Below are positions 8,970 to 17,767 of a stretch of DNA of 37,087 bases, piece by piece (the first letter of the stretch is position 1; each line of letters opens with the position of its first letter). The stretch spans positions 1 to 37,087 of IMG/VR virus record IMGVR_UViG_3300034411_000443; one strand, written 5' to 3'. The translations under genes were made by a program, and so were the position numbers. The stretch is from a virus (Duplodnaviria; Caudoviricetes). Below the pieces are notes generated by a model. The model ran no database searches. It was not told the origin of the DNA and saw nothing but the letters and a program-made list of their open reading frames with translations.

Positions 8970-9428
8970 TTATTGATTAATAAGAAAATGTCTTAAAATG
9001 AGGATCGCATCGGCTGTCTTGAGGGTAATACCCTTAGTCGATGGGAAAAATTGCTTGGCATGGTTCGCCAAAACCTTTTTTCGCTTTCCCGAAGTTAACT
9101 TAGTCAACCCACTTAGTCCCTTTTGCCATTCCTGTGGGCGAACTAAAGTAAATGGAATTTCTGCCATTCGTAGAACGCCATTTATAAATCCGCATGATTT
9201 GCCTAATTTGAATGAGCTACTAGAAGGTATCATCTTACCCGCAAAAGGTGGGACCAATTCAACTACCGCCTCAATCGATGTAACAATTGGATGGTCTTGA
9301 AGGTCTTGGATGTGTTCGACAAATTCAAAGTCTTCATCGAGGGTGTGCAGTTTAATATCATGCAAACCACCCCAAGCGATTGCGTAACCTCCGCTCTTAC
9401 CTGGATCAATTCCGATGGTCAATTTCAT
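8970..9428 (-). CDS. RuvC-like Holliday junction resolvase
   Basis: IGIDPGKSGG, VVE, P.EWQK, ADAILI. Confidence 0.85.
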   Translation of the reverse strand: MKLTIGIDPGKSGGYAIAWGGLHDIKLHTLDEDFEFVEHIQDLQDHPIVTSIEAVVELVPPFAGKMIPSSSSFKLGKSCGFINGVLRMAEIPFTLVRPQEWQKGLSGLTKLTSGKRKKVLANHAKQFFPSTKGITLKTADAILILRHFLINQ

Positions 9429-9616
9429 GCGGCCTCCTCTGAAAAGATGGCAATTACTTTTCGGACATCGGAAGCTAAATAATGCTGGCCTCTTTTCCGA
9501 ATGCCAAACTCTCGCTTAAAAGCATTGAGAGCCTTATCAGACTTTAGTCTGAAAATCTCTTTGACCTCACATTTAGTGAGGAATAGACTGTGATATTGGT
9601 TTAGTAGTTTTTCCAT
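9425..9616 (-). CDS. small winged-HTH protein (excisionase/MerR-like)
   Basis: FLTKCEVKEIF...RKRGQHYLASDV. First gene of the replication operon. Confidence 0.55.
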   Translation of the reverse strand: MEKLLNQYHSLFLTKCEVKEIFRLKSDKALNAFKREFGIRKRGQHYLASDVRKVIAIFSEEAA

Positions 9617-9786
9617 TTTGCCGGTTAATGTTAAAACCGGCTGGAAGAAAACTAAGGTCTACTTGCTCACTTTTTTTGTAAGAATAAACCCGTAATGCAT
9701 ATTGTGCGAAACATAATATGCGCCAACCGGTACTTGTTAAGAATTTTAAAGATCAACTTCAACCCATCCACTGGTTGAATAATGCT

Positions 9787-9815
9787 TTTAAATGGAATAA
9801 ATCGGATCATGTCAA
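9787..9815 (-). promoter_or_regulatory. candidate sigma70-type promoter of the replication operon
   Basis: TTGACA on the minus strand at 9810-9815 with AT-rich upstream DNA. The -10 element (TTTAAA at 17 bp) is weak. Confidence 0.4.
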
Positions 9816-9864
9816 CAAGTTTTAACTTTTTCTGCTATAAATTTTATATTTTCTATATTAATAT

Positions 9865-10266
9865 TCATTTTTTCCTATTTTTCTTTGACTCTTTAATCGT
9901 TCTTTTTGCTCGGAGTAAGCGGTAATAATTTGAATCTCCCCGAACTTTTTTCTTACCATAGCCAGCTTGGCCGCCAACCTGACCCAACAGCCTAGCCGCC
10001 TCTTTAACCTTGTCCTTGCGGTCAATGATAGTGTAGTTAATTCGTTCTCCAGTTGCACAGATTGTGTGACCATGCCATTCATTCTGACTGATTTGTTCCA
10101 AGCTGTCACTATTCATATTGCACCACAATTTCCACTTCCGCTGGACCGCCTCGGGAAGCTTCAGTCTCATATGCCTAAAATCTTGCGCAAAACACTTACG
10201 AGTTTCGCCCTTATAGTATAATGTGCAACTTAGGTCGTTTATCCATTTTTTAGTTCCTTTTCTCAT
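9865..10266 (-). CDS. hypothetical basic protein
   Basis: 133-aa ORF preceded by AAAGGA. C-terminal AARLLGQVGG..G motif and basic tail suggest nucleic-acid binding. Confidence 0.7.
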   Translation of the reverse strand: MRKGTKKWINDLSCTLYYKGETRKCFAQDFRHMRLKLPEAVQRKWKLWCNMNSDSLEQISQNEWHGHTICATGERINYTIIDRKDKVKEAARLLGQVGGQAGYGKKKVRGDSNYYRLLRAKRTIKESKKNRKK

Positions 10267-10425
10267 ATTATCCTTTCTCTACTGCTTGCCTACATTAACG
10301 GCATGAAATGTCCCATGCAAGGACTAAAATGGCATAAAATGGACTAATTCTAACGCAAGGGTTAGCGAAATAAATATGTGGCTGTTAATACTTTACTCAT
10401 GTAGCTTTGGGTTATTTAATTGGGA

Positions 10426-10668
10426 ATGGTTAACGATCCTAATTCATTCGAGGCAAAGTTCCCAAAGTTTATCATCGGCGATACAGAGGATCAGACATTC
10501 GTTGTCCACCTCCATAGTCCAAAGTTTATAGCTGAACTGATAGAATCAGAAGATGGCGAAACATTCGACCCTACCTTTATCGATCCTCCTGGTAATGATC
10601 CCGCCCTACTAGCTAAGTTGATGCGAGAGGTCGGAGATTTCTATGTCGCTGAGATTGAGCGGGAATAG
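10426..10668 (+). CDS. hypothetical acidic protein
   Basis: Only plausible plus-strand gene here. It converges on the stop of the 1857-aa gene. ATG at 10426 lies 5 nt after a TTTACT-N17-TTTAAT promoter-like sequence. Confidence 0.7.
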   Translation: MVNDPNSFEAKFPKFIIGDTEDQTFVVHLHSPKFIAELIESEDGETFDPTFIDPPGNDPALLAKLMREVGDFYVAEIERE

Positions 10669-10669
10669 A

Positions 10670-13600
10670 TTACCGAAATCTTTCGGATAATTTAGCACCG
10701 GCACTTGCGGCTGGGGCCATGAATCGATTACCAGGCATAGCTGGTGCTTGGCGGGTAATGCGATTGGCGGGTTGAGCCTTTGGGGCTTTGGGGTCTGAGG
10801 GCATGAAACTTACATCACCTCGTCCTAGCTTATCCAACATTACACCAGCACCCATAGCTACTCCGATATTAGCCTCTCCATCCGATCCTCGTAAGTCTTG
10901 CCTTGAGGATAAATCCTGAATATCAGCAAATTCCTTCAAGAATGCTTTCTCCTTTAATGGTATTGACCAAGGATAGGCAGTATTTAGATCGGGACGGTAA
11001 ACAGCATCTGTCCCATCATATTCAGCAATCGCTAAAAGAGATCCTTTCTGAATATCATTGTATTCGGGTTGGCGAGTTTCTCTTAAAATGGTATCGGTAT
11101 CTAATCCTAATTTTTTTAAGCGAGCTTGAGTAATTGGTAATTCCTTTTTGATATTAAGTTTATCGTAAATTATTGGAGTTGCTTTCCAAGGTATAAGCTC
11201 CTTATCGGGGAATACTCTTAAAAAGTCTTCAATCGTTTTAACAGTTTTAAGTGCCGCTTTCTGATTATCAGTAAGACCTTTACCTTTGATAGCTCGCTTT
11301 AATGCCGCCCTAATGTGTCGATTTACTGTATTCTCGGAAATCTTACCTTCATTGATGGCCTGCATAAACTTCCGAACATAATACTCACGGGTTAAAGACG
11401 ATGCCTTGTGGTTGTCTTGCTTCATCGAAGTAATACCGATCAAAGGTTTTCCATCCCTCTCCCATCTAGTTTTAAAACTTTTGGCAGAACCTTCATTAGT
11501 AAACCCCCAAGCATCATTGACAGACAAATAACCTGGACCGCCAGTAAATGCCACATCAACGCCATCAGCTTTCTTATTTCCAACTACTGAAAGATCCGAT
11601 GTAAGGACTTGAACATTCTTACCTTTAAAGTCACTAAGCGATGCATTCGGATTACTTGGTGAAGGGAGGAAGAGCTTGAGCGACTTATCGTCAAGGGTGA
11701 GCATATCGCCCGACTTAGGAATCTTCCCCTTAGTCGCACCCGCTTCGCTTGCTGGCATGAAGAGTTTCTCGGTCACCGTGACATCGGCTTCATCGAAGAT
11801 TACATAATTGTAATCGCCCTCGCCTTTGGATCGGGATGCTCCATCTAAATATTTGATGCCTGGTATGCCGGCTTCTTTTAATCGCTTGGAGATTTCAGCC
11901 TCGGGCATATCATCGAGTACATTATTAGTTATGTCCCGATAATCCTGTTCTTGTCGGTATTGCCAAGTATCCTCGCCCTCCTGTTCCCGTAGGAACTTCT
12001 TGAGCTTATCCTGTACCCCTTTGGGCTGTTCGCCTAAAGTCTTATCATAAAGCAGATACTCGTTCTCCTTGGGGGCTAGTTCGACTTTGTAGAGGGAGCC
12101 AGCTATAGTTACATCAGCTTCATTTTGATCTCTCAAAGTTTTTATGACTTGCTGAAACTCTTGGTATTTACCAGTAGGATAGTCACTAGGATTATTTTGT
12201 ATGTCTTTTAGGCTAGACTCCATCCAACTTATTAAGTCTCTGCGAGCCGATGATTTATTCGAGTTAAGGGACATATAATTACCTACACCCATTTCATCAG
12301 CTAAGTAATCTGCCGCTAAATGCTTTATATTCGTGCTATCTTTAGCTTTGCCATCAAATAACCTGTTTTCCCCGTCTCTCGATTGCTTTCTGTAAAACTC
12401 TGCTACTTCCCTCTTCCCCGCAAAGTAAAGCCCATGCCCATAGGCTTGACTACCCTCGCCTGTTCCAATCTTCGATGTTCTGAATCTGCCCAAGGGTGCG
12501 CCCGCTTCGGGGGCTAGGGTGTGCGGTGTGCCGTGGAAGGCTGGGATGAACGCTTTATTAATCTTATCGTAATCAATAAATCGGGTTCCCGATAGTTGGT
12601 CCATCTTTCCGATCCGCTCAATTCTTCTTGAGCGATAGACATCTCGGGGGTTCTTCTTTCCTAGGCTTGCTCGCCAAGGATTTGAACTAGCTTCCGCTTT
12701 TGAGCCACTACCGAATGCCGAGTTTATAAAGTCTGCTTTTGCTTTGGCGATATTCTGATCTGCATCCAATCCCGTCCTACCAGGTTGGCCGTCTGCATGA
12801 TTGCGGTGATATCTGTCTAAGTCTTGTAAGAGTTTAACTTTAGCCTGGGCAATATCTGCACCATATAAACGAGTGAGTTCTGCCTGTTGCTGTCTTGCCA
12901 ACTGATCGACATTCTTGACTAATTGATTAACCGAGACAGTGCGTAGGATGATGTTATTCTTTTGCGTAATCTCGAACCCATAAGGCACTTCGATATGGTT
13001 CTCTACCTTCGCATTAACATACTTACCCCCACCCTGTCCGGCGGCTTTAAAGTAGGATATTAAATACTCGTTTCCACCTTTATTTTGAATGTTAGAATTA
13101 ACATCTCTAAGTGTCTGTATTTGCTCTTTATTCCAGTTGCCTGATTTTTCGAGTTTATCAATTATAGACTTATCTAAGTATCGGCCGACAAATCGGATTT
13201 TACCTGTCTTTTCGTTTACTTCGGGGCGAACATGACCTTCCGGCAATCCCTCATTTGCCTCCTTTTCCTGAATTGCTTCTTTCATCTTCTCCGCAAATGA
13301 GCGATTGTATTTACCTTGCTCTCTTGCGGTCATGGCGAGGTTAGGTATTACATTCCCATCTTTATCGATTTGTAGGAGTGTGCCGGATCGAAGTAGTTCA
13401 GCGAGTTGCGGGCTTTTGGCAAGCTCGGCAGATTTAATATCGACCACTACTTCTTTAGTGGCTTTCCCGCCTGACTTAATATTACCGCCTTGAATCTCTC
13501 CGCTTGCTTCCTGTGCCTGTCTCTTCTGCGGACTCATGCCCTCCAGCTGATTATTATACTTCCTAACCAGTTCGGTAATTTGCGGATATCTTTTAAGGTT

Positions 13601-16243
13601 GGAGAATAATTTATTATCAGTAATCAGTTGCCCATCGGGTCGGAATGTACCGCCCATCATGGCAAGAGTTTTACGGAGGGCTGGGATATTTTGGACTAGC
13701 TCAGTATCAAGGATCGAACCCATAATATTACCGATTGTACCTTTATTCTTATCTCTGTACTTCCGTTTATCATTAAGTAGAAAGTCAGTTCCATGCTCGG
13801 CCACTATTTCGCTTACTGTCTGCTCATCAGTCATTATCTTGGCAAGGTCGGAATCGGACATTTTATTGCCGTCTGAATCGAGTAGAGTATCTTGTAACTT
13901 CTTTCCGTATTCGGATCGGGCTTGTTCAAATTCCATACTTAGGAGGAATCTACGATTTGCCCCCTCGCCTACCATAATCGGATCTCCAACCTTGAGGTCG
14001 GGATATCTAGATTTATTCTGCTGGGTCACTCGTTGGACGAATATACCAGGCTTTCCGATGACTGGGTTGCCAATCAGAAGGTCGATAAATTTACGCTTTC
14101 CACCTGTCTGTTCTAAGTAGTGGGTAAACTCATGGGCAAGTAATGGTTCGATTGCTCGGGGAGAATCTACATTTATAACGATGTCACCAGTTACCCGATC
14201 AAAATATCCGCCCTCTCCGTCTTTTCCATTACTTACATATTCGATAGCTAGACTGGGATTCGCCACAATCTTATTTGCGACTGCCATCTGAACATCTCGA
14301 TTTAATTTATTAAAAGATTCCTTTTGCCCAGCTGGAAGGTAGTTCTCTGCATAGTGGTATAAATCACCATATCGGGCTTCCATGTGATTGATCGGACCAT
14401 TAAATCGTGCGACCTCTCCACCTACTGCACCAGCAGAACCAAAGAGCATACCCGCCCCTATTCCACCATAAAATGCTTCGGGCATATCCATCCCGCCACT
14501 TGCCGCGAGGCCGAAGGCTCCGCCAACCGCGCCACCCGCTCCAACTCCTTTTGCCATTCTGCCGGTAGATTCGACATAGCGACCTAATCCTGATCGGTCT
14601 AAAAAGTTTACTGTTGCCTGTCCACCTGGTGACATATTGCCGAATGCTTGAGGACCGCCCATTCTGCTTAATACTTTACCTTCTGCCGCTCCCGTTACTT
14701 GTCGGGCAACTGATTCAACCGGTACTAATGCAGTCCGATCTATTAGCTGGGTAGTCATCTTCTCAGCATCCTTCGATGCGAGTCTCGTGAAGAAAGGTAA
14801 ATCGCTTGCTGGCTTCATAGCTTCCCGCCCAAGGATTGCTGTATTTCTACCAAATCGAGCGAGGAATTGTGGTCCGAGTAATGCACCAACTGCTCCGCCT
14901 AGTTTTCCGAGTTCACTATCAGTAAACTCTCCAGTAAGAGAATATCCGCCGTACCCTACTCCTCCCATTACTCCGCTTTTTATTAATGCGTTTGCCTGTT
15001 GCTCGGTCACTTCCATACCCACTTTATCGCCCGCCTTCATAAGCATATTTATGGCGGTTTCTTGCGGAAGTGTTTTTATGAACTGTAAAGCATTACCTAA
15101 ATATTCTATCGGTTTTCCAATTGCGATAAGCCCAGCCCCTCCCACTTTATTGGTGAGGTTGAGAGGTTGTTTAATTGGAACTTCTTTCAGAGCATCATTA
15201 AGAAAGTCTTTTAAAGGGTTTCCCATTGGTAAATCGGATGCGAGTTGTGTCAGTGCCATATCCCGCTTGGCCGCTAATGGTTTTAACTTAGCCTTGTTTT
15301 CGGCAATCTTTTCAGTGACCTCGGTTAAACCTTTTTCTAGTCTCGCTTTTACGGGTGCTTGTTTAATTGCCAGTCTTCGACTCTTTATAGAGTTATCCCC
15401 TACCCTCGACAACGCCTTAGTCATATCATCCTGTAGTTTGGCAAGTTGCAGAGTCTCATTAATTAAAACCTTTTCTGCACCCTTTAATGTAGCTCGGCCT
15501 GTGCCTGTTGCCATTTTAAATGCCGCACCCATTGGGATAAAGTTTGTAGGGTCTGATGGTAACGATCCGCCTCTTGCCGCTTTCATGTCGGGTGTGACTT
15601 GCTGAGAACGAATAACTTGTCTCTCTTCTTCGGACATACCAAGAGTTAAAAACTCGGGTGACATACCAAGAAATCCTTCGGTTACCATTTCAGCGGCCTT
15701 ACCCTGGCGTTGCTGTTCGAGGTCTGCCTGAGTCTTAAAAAATTCATACGATGAACGAAGATCCTCTTCTGTCTCCGCATCGCCAAATACTTTATCAACC
15801 CCTCGGGATATACCCGCTCCGATTGATTTGTAATCGAGTTCGAGGTTTCCAATAGTCTGCAAGGTTGTAGCCTTTGCCTTTGTTTTTACCTTCCCAAGTG
15901 GTTTATAGGTATCACTTACCTTATCGAGAAATAAAAAGTTTGAGGCTAACCGCATCGGTAATGTCTTTGCCCAATGACCTAAGTCTGATGCCATCCCCGA
16001 AACTCCCTCGGTAACCATTTCCGTTGCTGTCTTGCCCGAATCAAATGCACCGGCTTTTCTGAACATTTTAAATGTCTCAAAGTCCGATGTCATTTCTTGC
16101 ATCGTAGGCTCTCGGATTTCAGGAGTAATATACTGAAGATCCTCCTCGGTTGCCGGCACTAAGCCAGGAGATTGAGGTTCGGGATTTAAATACTGCAAAT
16201 CCTCCTCGGTTGCGGGGATAAGGCTAAGAGTTTGCTCGTCCAT
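10670..16243 (-). CDS. large internal virion / ejection polyvalent protein with HExxH metallopeptidase-like and ADP-ribosyltransferase-like domains
   Basis: 1857 aa and last gene of the virion operon. Gly-rich hydrophobic segments, LLAHEFTHYLE, FHGT...GLYFA...YKVEL...GIKY...YVIFD. Confidence 0.75.
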   Translation of the reverse strand: MDEQTLSLIPATEEDLQYLNPEPQSPGLVPATEEDLQYITPEIREPTMQEMTSDFETFKMFRKAGAFDSGKTATEMVTEGVSGMASDLGHWAKTLPMRLASNFLFLDKVSDTYKPLGKVKTKAKATTLQTIGNLELDYKSIGAGISRGVDKVFGDAETEEDLRSSYEFFKTQADLEQQRQGKAAEMVTEGFLGMSPEFLTLGMSEEERQVIRSQQVTPDMKAARGGSLPSDPTNFIPMGAAFKMATGTGRATLKGAEKVLINETLQLAKLQDDMTKALSRVGDNSIKSRRLAIKQAPVKARLEKGLTEVTEKIAENKAKLKPLAAKRDMALTQLASDLPMGNPLKDFLNDALKEVPIKQPLNLTNKVGGAGLIAIGKPIEYLGNALQFIKTLPQETAINMLMKAGDKVGMEVTEQQANALIKSGVMGGVGYGGYSLTGEFTDSELGKLGGAVGALLGPQFLARFGRNTAILGREAMKPASDLPFFTRLASKDAEKMTTQLIDRTALVPVESVARQVTGAAEGKVLSRMGGPQAFGNMSPGGQATVNFLDRSGLGRYVESTGRMAKGVGAGGAVGGAFGLAASGGMDMPEAFYGGIGAGMLFGSAGAVGGEVARFNGPINHMEARYGDLYHYAENYLPAGQKESFNKLNRDVQMAVANKIVANPSLAIEYVSNGKDGEGGYFDRVTGDIVINVDSPRAIEPLLAHEFTHYLEQTGGKRKFIDLLIGNPVIGKPGIFVQRVTQQNKSRYPDLKVGDPIMVGEGANRRFLLSMEFEQARSEYGKKLQDTLLDSDGNKMSDSDLAKIMTDEQTVSEIVAEHGTDFLLNDKRKYRDKNKGTIGNIMGSILDTELVQNIPALRKTLAMMGGTFRPDGQLITDNKLFSNLKRYPQITELVRKYNNQLEGMSPQKRQAQEASGEIQGGNIKSGGKATKEVVVDIKSAELAKSPQLAELLRSGTLLQIDKDGNVIPNLAMTAREQGKYNRSFAEKMKEAIQEKEANEGLPEGHVRPEVNEKTGKIRFVGRYLDKSIIDKLEKSGNWNKEQIQTLRDVNSNIQNKGGNEYLISYFKAAGQGGGKYVNAKVENHIEVPYGFEITQKNNIILRTVSVNQLVKNVDQLARQQQAELTRLYGADIAQAKVKLLQDLDRYHRNHADGQPGRTGLDADQNIAKAKADFINSAFGSGSKAEASSNPWRASLGKKNPRDVYRSRRIERIGKMDQLSGTRFIDYDKINKAFIPAFHGTPHTLAPEAGAPLGRFRTSKIGTGEGSQAYGHGLYFAGKREVAEFYRKQSRDGENRLFDGKAKDSTNIKHLAADYLADEMGVGNYMSLNSNKSSARRDLISWMESSLKDIQNNPSDYPTGKYQEFQQVIKTLRDQNEADVTIAGSLYKVELAPKENEYLLYDKTLGEQPKGVQDKLKKFLREQEGEDTWQYRQEQDYRDITNNVLDDMPEAEISKRLKEAGIPGIKYLDGASRSKGEGDYNYVIFDEADVTVTEKLFMPASEAGATKGKIPKSGDMLTLDDKSLKLFLPSPSNPNASLSDFKGKNVQVLTSDLSVVGNKKADGVDVAFTGGPGYLSVNDAWGFTNEGSAKSFKTRWERDGKPLIGITSMKQDNHKASSLTREYYVRKFMQAINEGKISENTVNRHIRAALKRAIKGKGLTDNQKAALKTVKTIEDFLRVFPDKELIPWKATPIIYDKLNIKKELPITQARLKKLGLDTDTILRETRQPEYNDIQKGSLLAIAEYDGTDAVYRPDLNTAYPWSIPLKEKAFLKEFADIQDLSSRQDLRGSDGEANIGVAMGAGVMLDKLGRGDVSFMPSDPKAPKAQPANRITRQAPAMPGNRFMAPAASAGAKLSERFR
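16131..16222. repeat. imperfect 60-bp-period direct repeat encoding L[IV]PATEEDLQY twice
   Basis: atcctcctcggttgc at 16139-16153 and 16199-16213. Confidence 0.85.
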
Positions 16244-17763
16244 TATTGGGCGGGTTGTACGAATATTTTTCCGTTAACTTCGATAAGTTTATCGCCATTA
16301 GGCTTAGTACCTACCACTTTACCATTTACATTTCCTTGGGGTGACCTGAAAGGTTGCTGTTCTGATGTTTCCCCGGCAATAGGCGAAAGGATTTCTGACA
16401 GATCATTATCAAGCATATAATCCTCAAGTTTATTTCTTTGTTCAGTAATAGAAACCCCGTCTCGCCTCATTTTTTGGATAAACTTAACCTTTTCTTTATC
16501 TCTTTCAGCTTTCTTTATAACATAATTTAAAAGAGTTTTATTCGCTTCAGGTGTCATCTGTAAACCGGGAGAAATCTTCGCAAATATATCCATCTCTTTT
16601 TCTGAGATTGAACCCTTCGTATTACTGATATTTTCAAATAAGAATTTCCCGACTTCTGCTCGAAAGTTTTGAGTATTTGAAACCTTGTCCATAGTTTCCT
16701 TATCGATGGGGATTCCCAAACTATCAAGCATTGCAATTGCATTGGTTTTTAATTCAGAAATACCTCCAGTCTCTAAATCACCTTTTTCAAGTAAAGTTAA
16801 TGCTCGTGTTGCGGGTCTTATTGATTTAGCAGAATCTAAAGCACTATTCCTCTGAGCGTTTACAAACTCATTTGCATTATCGACTGACAATGTTTTAGCC
16901 CTTGCATCGGCTTGCTGTTCAGGAGTTGCAAACATCCCCGAAGGTTTAGGCGGACCGAAGTTCCTTATCGGATTGCCCGCACTATCAACTCCGACTTGCT
17001 GAAATCCTCCCTGTCCGTCTTCCATATTAACAACCCTCGATATAGATGGAGCATCCTTCTGCCTAGCTTGCATGAAATTCAATGCCAATTGCTGAACCTC
17101 GGGGGATTTATCCGCAAACTGCTGGGCAAATCGATTGCCAGTCATATCCATAACAGGTTCGGTCTGTTGGAACTCGGGATTCTGTAAAGTCTCTTGGATA
17201 AATGCATTTGTGCGAGGGTCTTCGGGAGCGGCAAATGCTTGGTAGTTTGCCACTGTTTCCTGTCCAGCCTCGTTCAATTCTCCAGTCGGGGCAGAAGAGA
17301 AATATTCGCTTAAAAAATCACCTTTTGCTTGCTTATCCTCTCGAATCTCATCCTGTTGAGTCCTGAATAATTCTTCCTTCATATCCATCTCACGATTCTT
17401 TTGGAATGCTTGCGAGGCGGAGCTTCTTTGTTGGGCGGCTAATTTTTGGGCTTCCATTTTTAGGCGGTTGCCTTCGATCTTCATCTGCTGTTCAGCACCT
17501 TTTTTCCGTTGGTACTCTTTTTGCAAAAATGGATTCTTTGCGATTGCCTTGGCATCTTTTTCGGAGACTCCCTGGTTCATCAGATAGCCCGTCATTTCTT
17601 CTGCCCGTGCTCGCTTTTCCTGTCCCTCAATGAATCCTTTCGCTACCTGGTTAAGAGCATTGCCGAATGCTTTATTTGCATTTGCATTAGCCTGTCCCGC
17701 CCTTTCATAGGCAGAGGTATCGATTCTCATTAAGCCCGCCTGAACTGTATCTCCTATTGCCAT
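16243..17763 (-). CDS. putative internal virion / DNA ejection protein
   Basis: Helical Q/E/K-rich protein with a GSISEKEM motif, positioned among three large post-tail genes as in podoviruses. Confidence 0.6.
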   Translation of the reverse strand: MAIGDTVQAGLMRIDTSAYERAGQANANANKAFGNALNQVAKGFIEGQEKRARAEEMTGYLMNQGVSEKDAKAIAKNPFLQKEYQRKKGAEQQMKIEGNRLKMEAQKLAAQQRSSASQAFQKNREMDMKEELFRTQQDEIREDKQAKGDFLSEYFSSAPTGELNEAGQETVANYQAFAAPEDPRTNAFIQETLQNPEFQQTEPVMDMTGNRFAQQFADKSPEVQQLALNFMQARQKDAPSISRVVNMEDGQGGFQQVGVDSAGNPIRNFGPPKPSGMFATPEQQADARAKTLSVDNANEFVNAQRNSALDSAKSIRPATRALTLLEKGDLETGGISELKTNAIAMLDSLGIPIDKETMDKVSNTQNFRAEVGKFLFENISNTKGSISEKEMDIFAKISPGLQMTPEANKTLLNYVIKKAERDKEKVKFIQKMRRDGVSITEQRNKLEDYMLDNDLSEILSPIAGETSEQQPFRSPQGNVNGKVVGTKPNGDKLIEVNGKIFVQPAQ

Positions 17764-17767
17764 AATT

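Noticed and set aside
8950-8972. Possible terminator between resolvase and SSB-like genes
   Set aside because: Short imperfect stem with no U tract on the coding strand.
13599-14120. 173-aa plus-strand ORF
   Set aside because: Antisense to the large virion gene; Ser/Arg-rich composition typical of a shadow frame.
14787-15605. 272-aa plus-strand ORF
   Set aside because: Antisense shadow of the 1857-aa gene, with no motifs or RBS.
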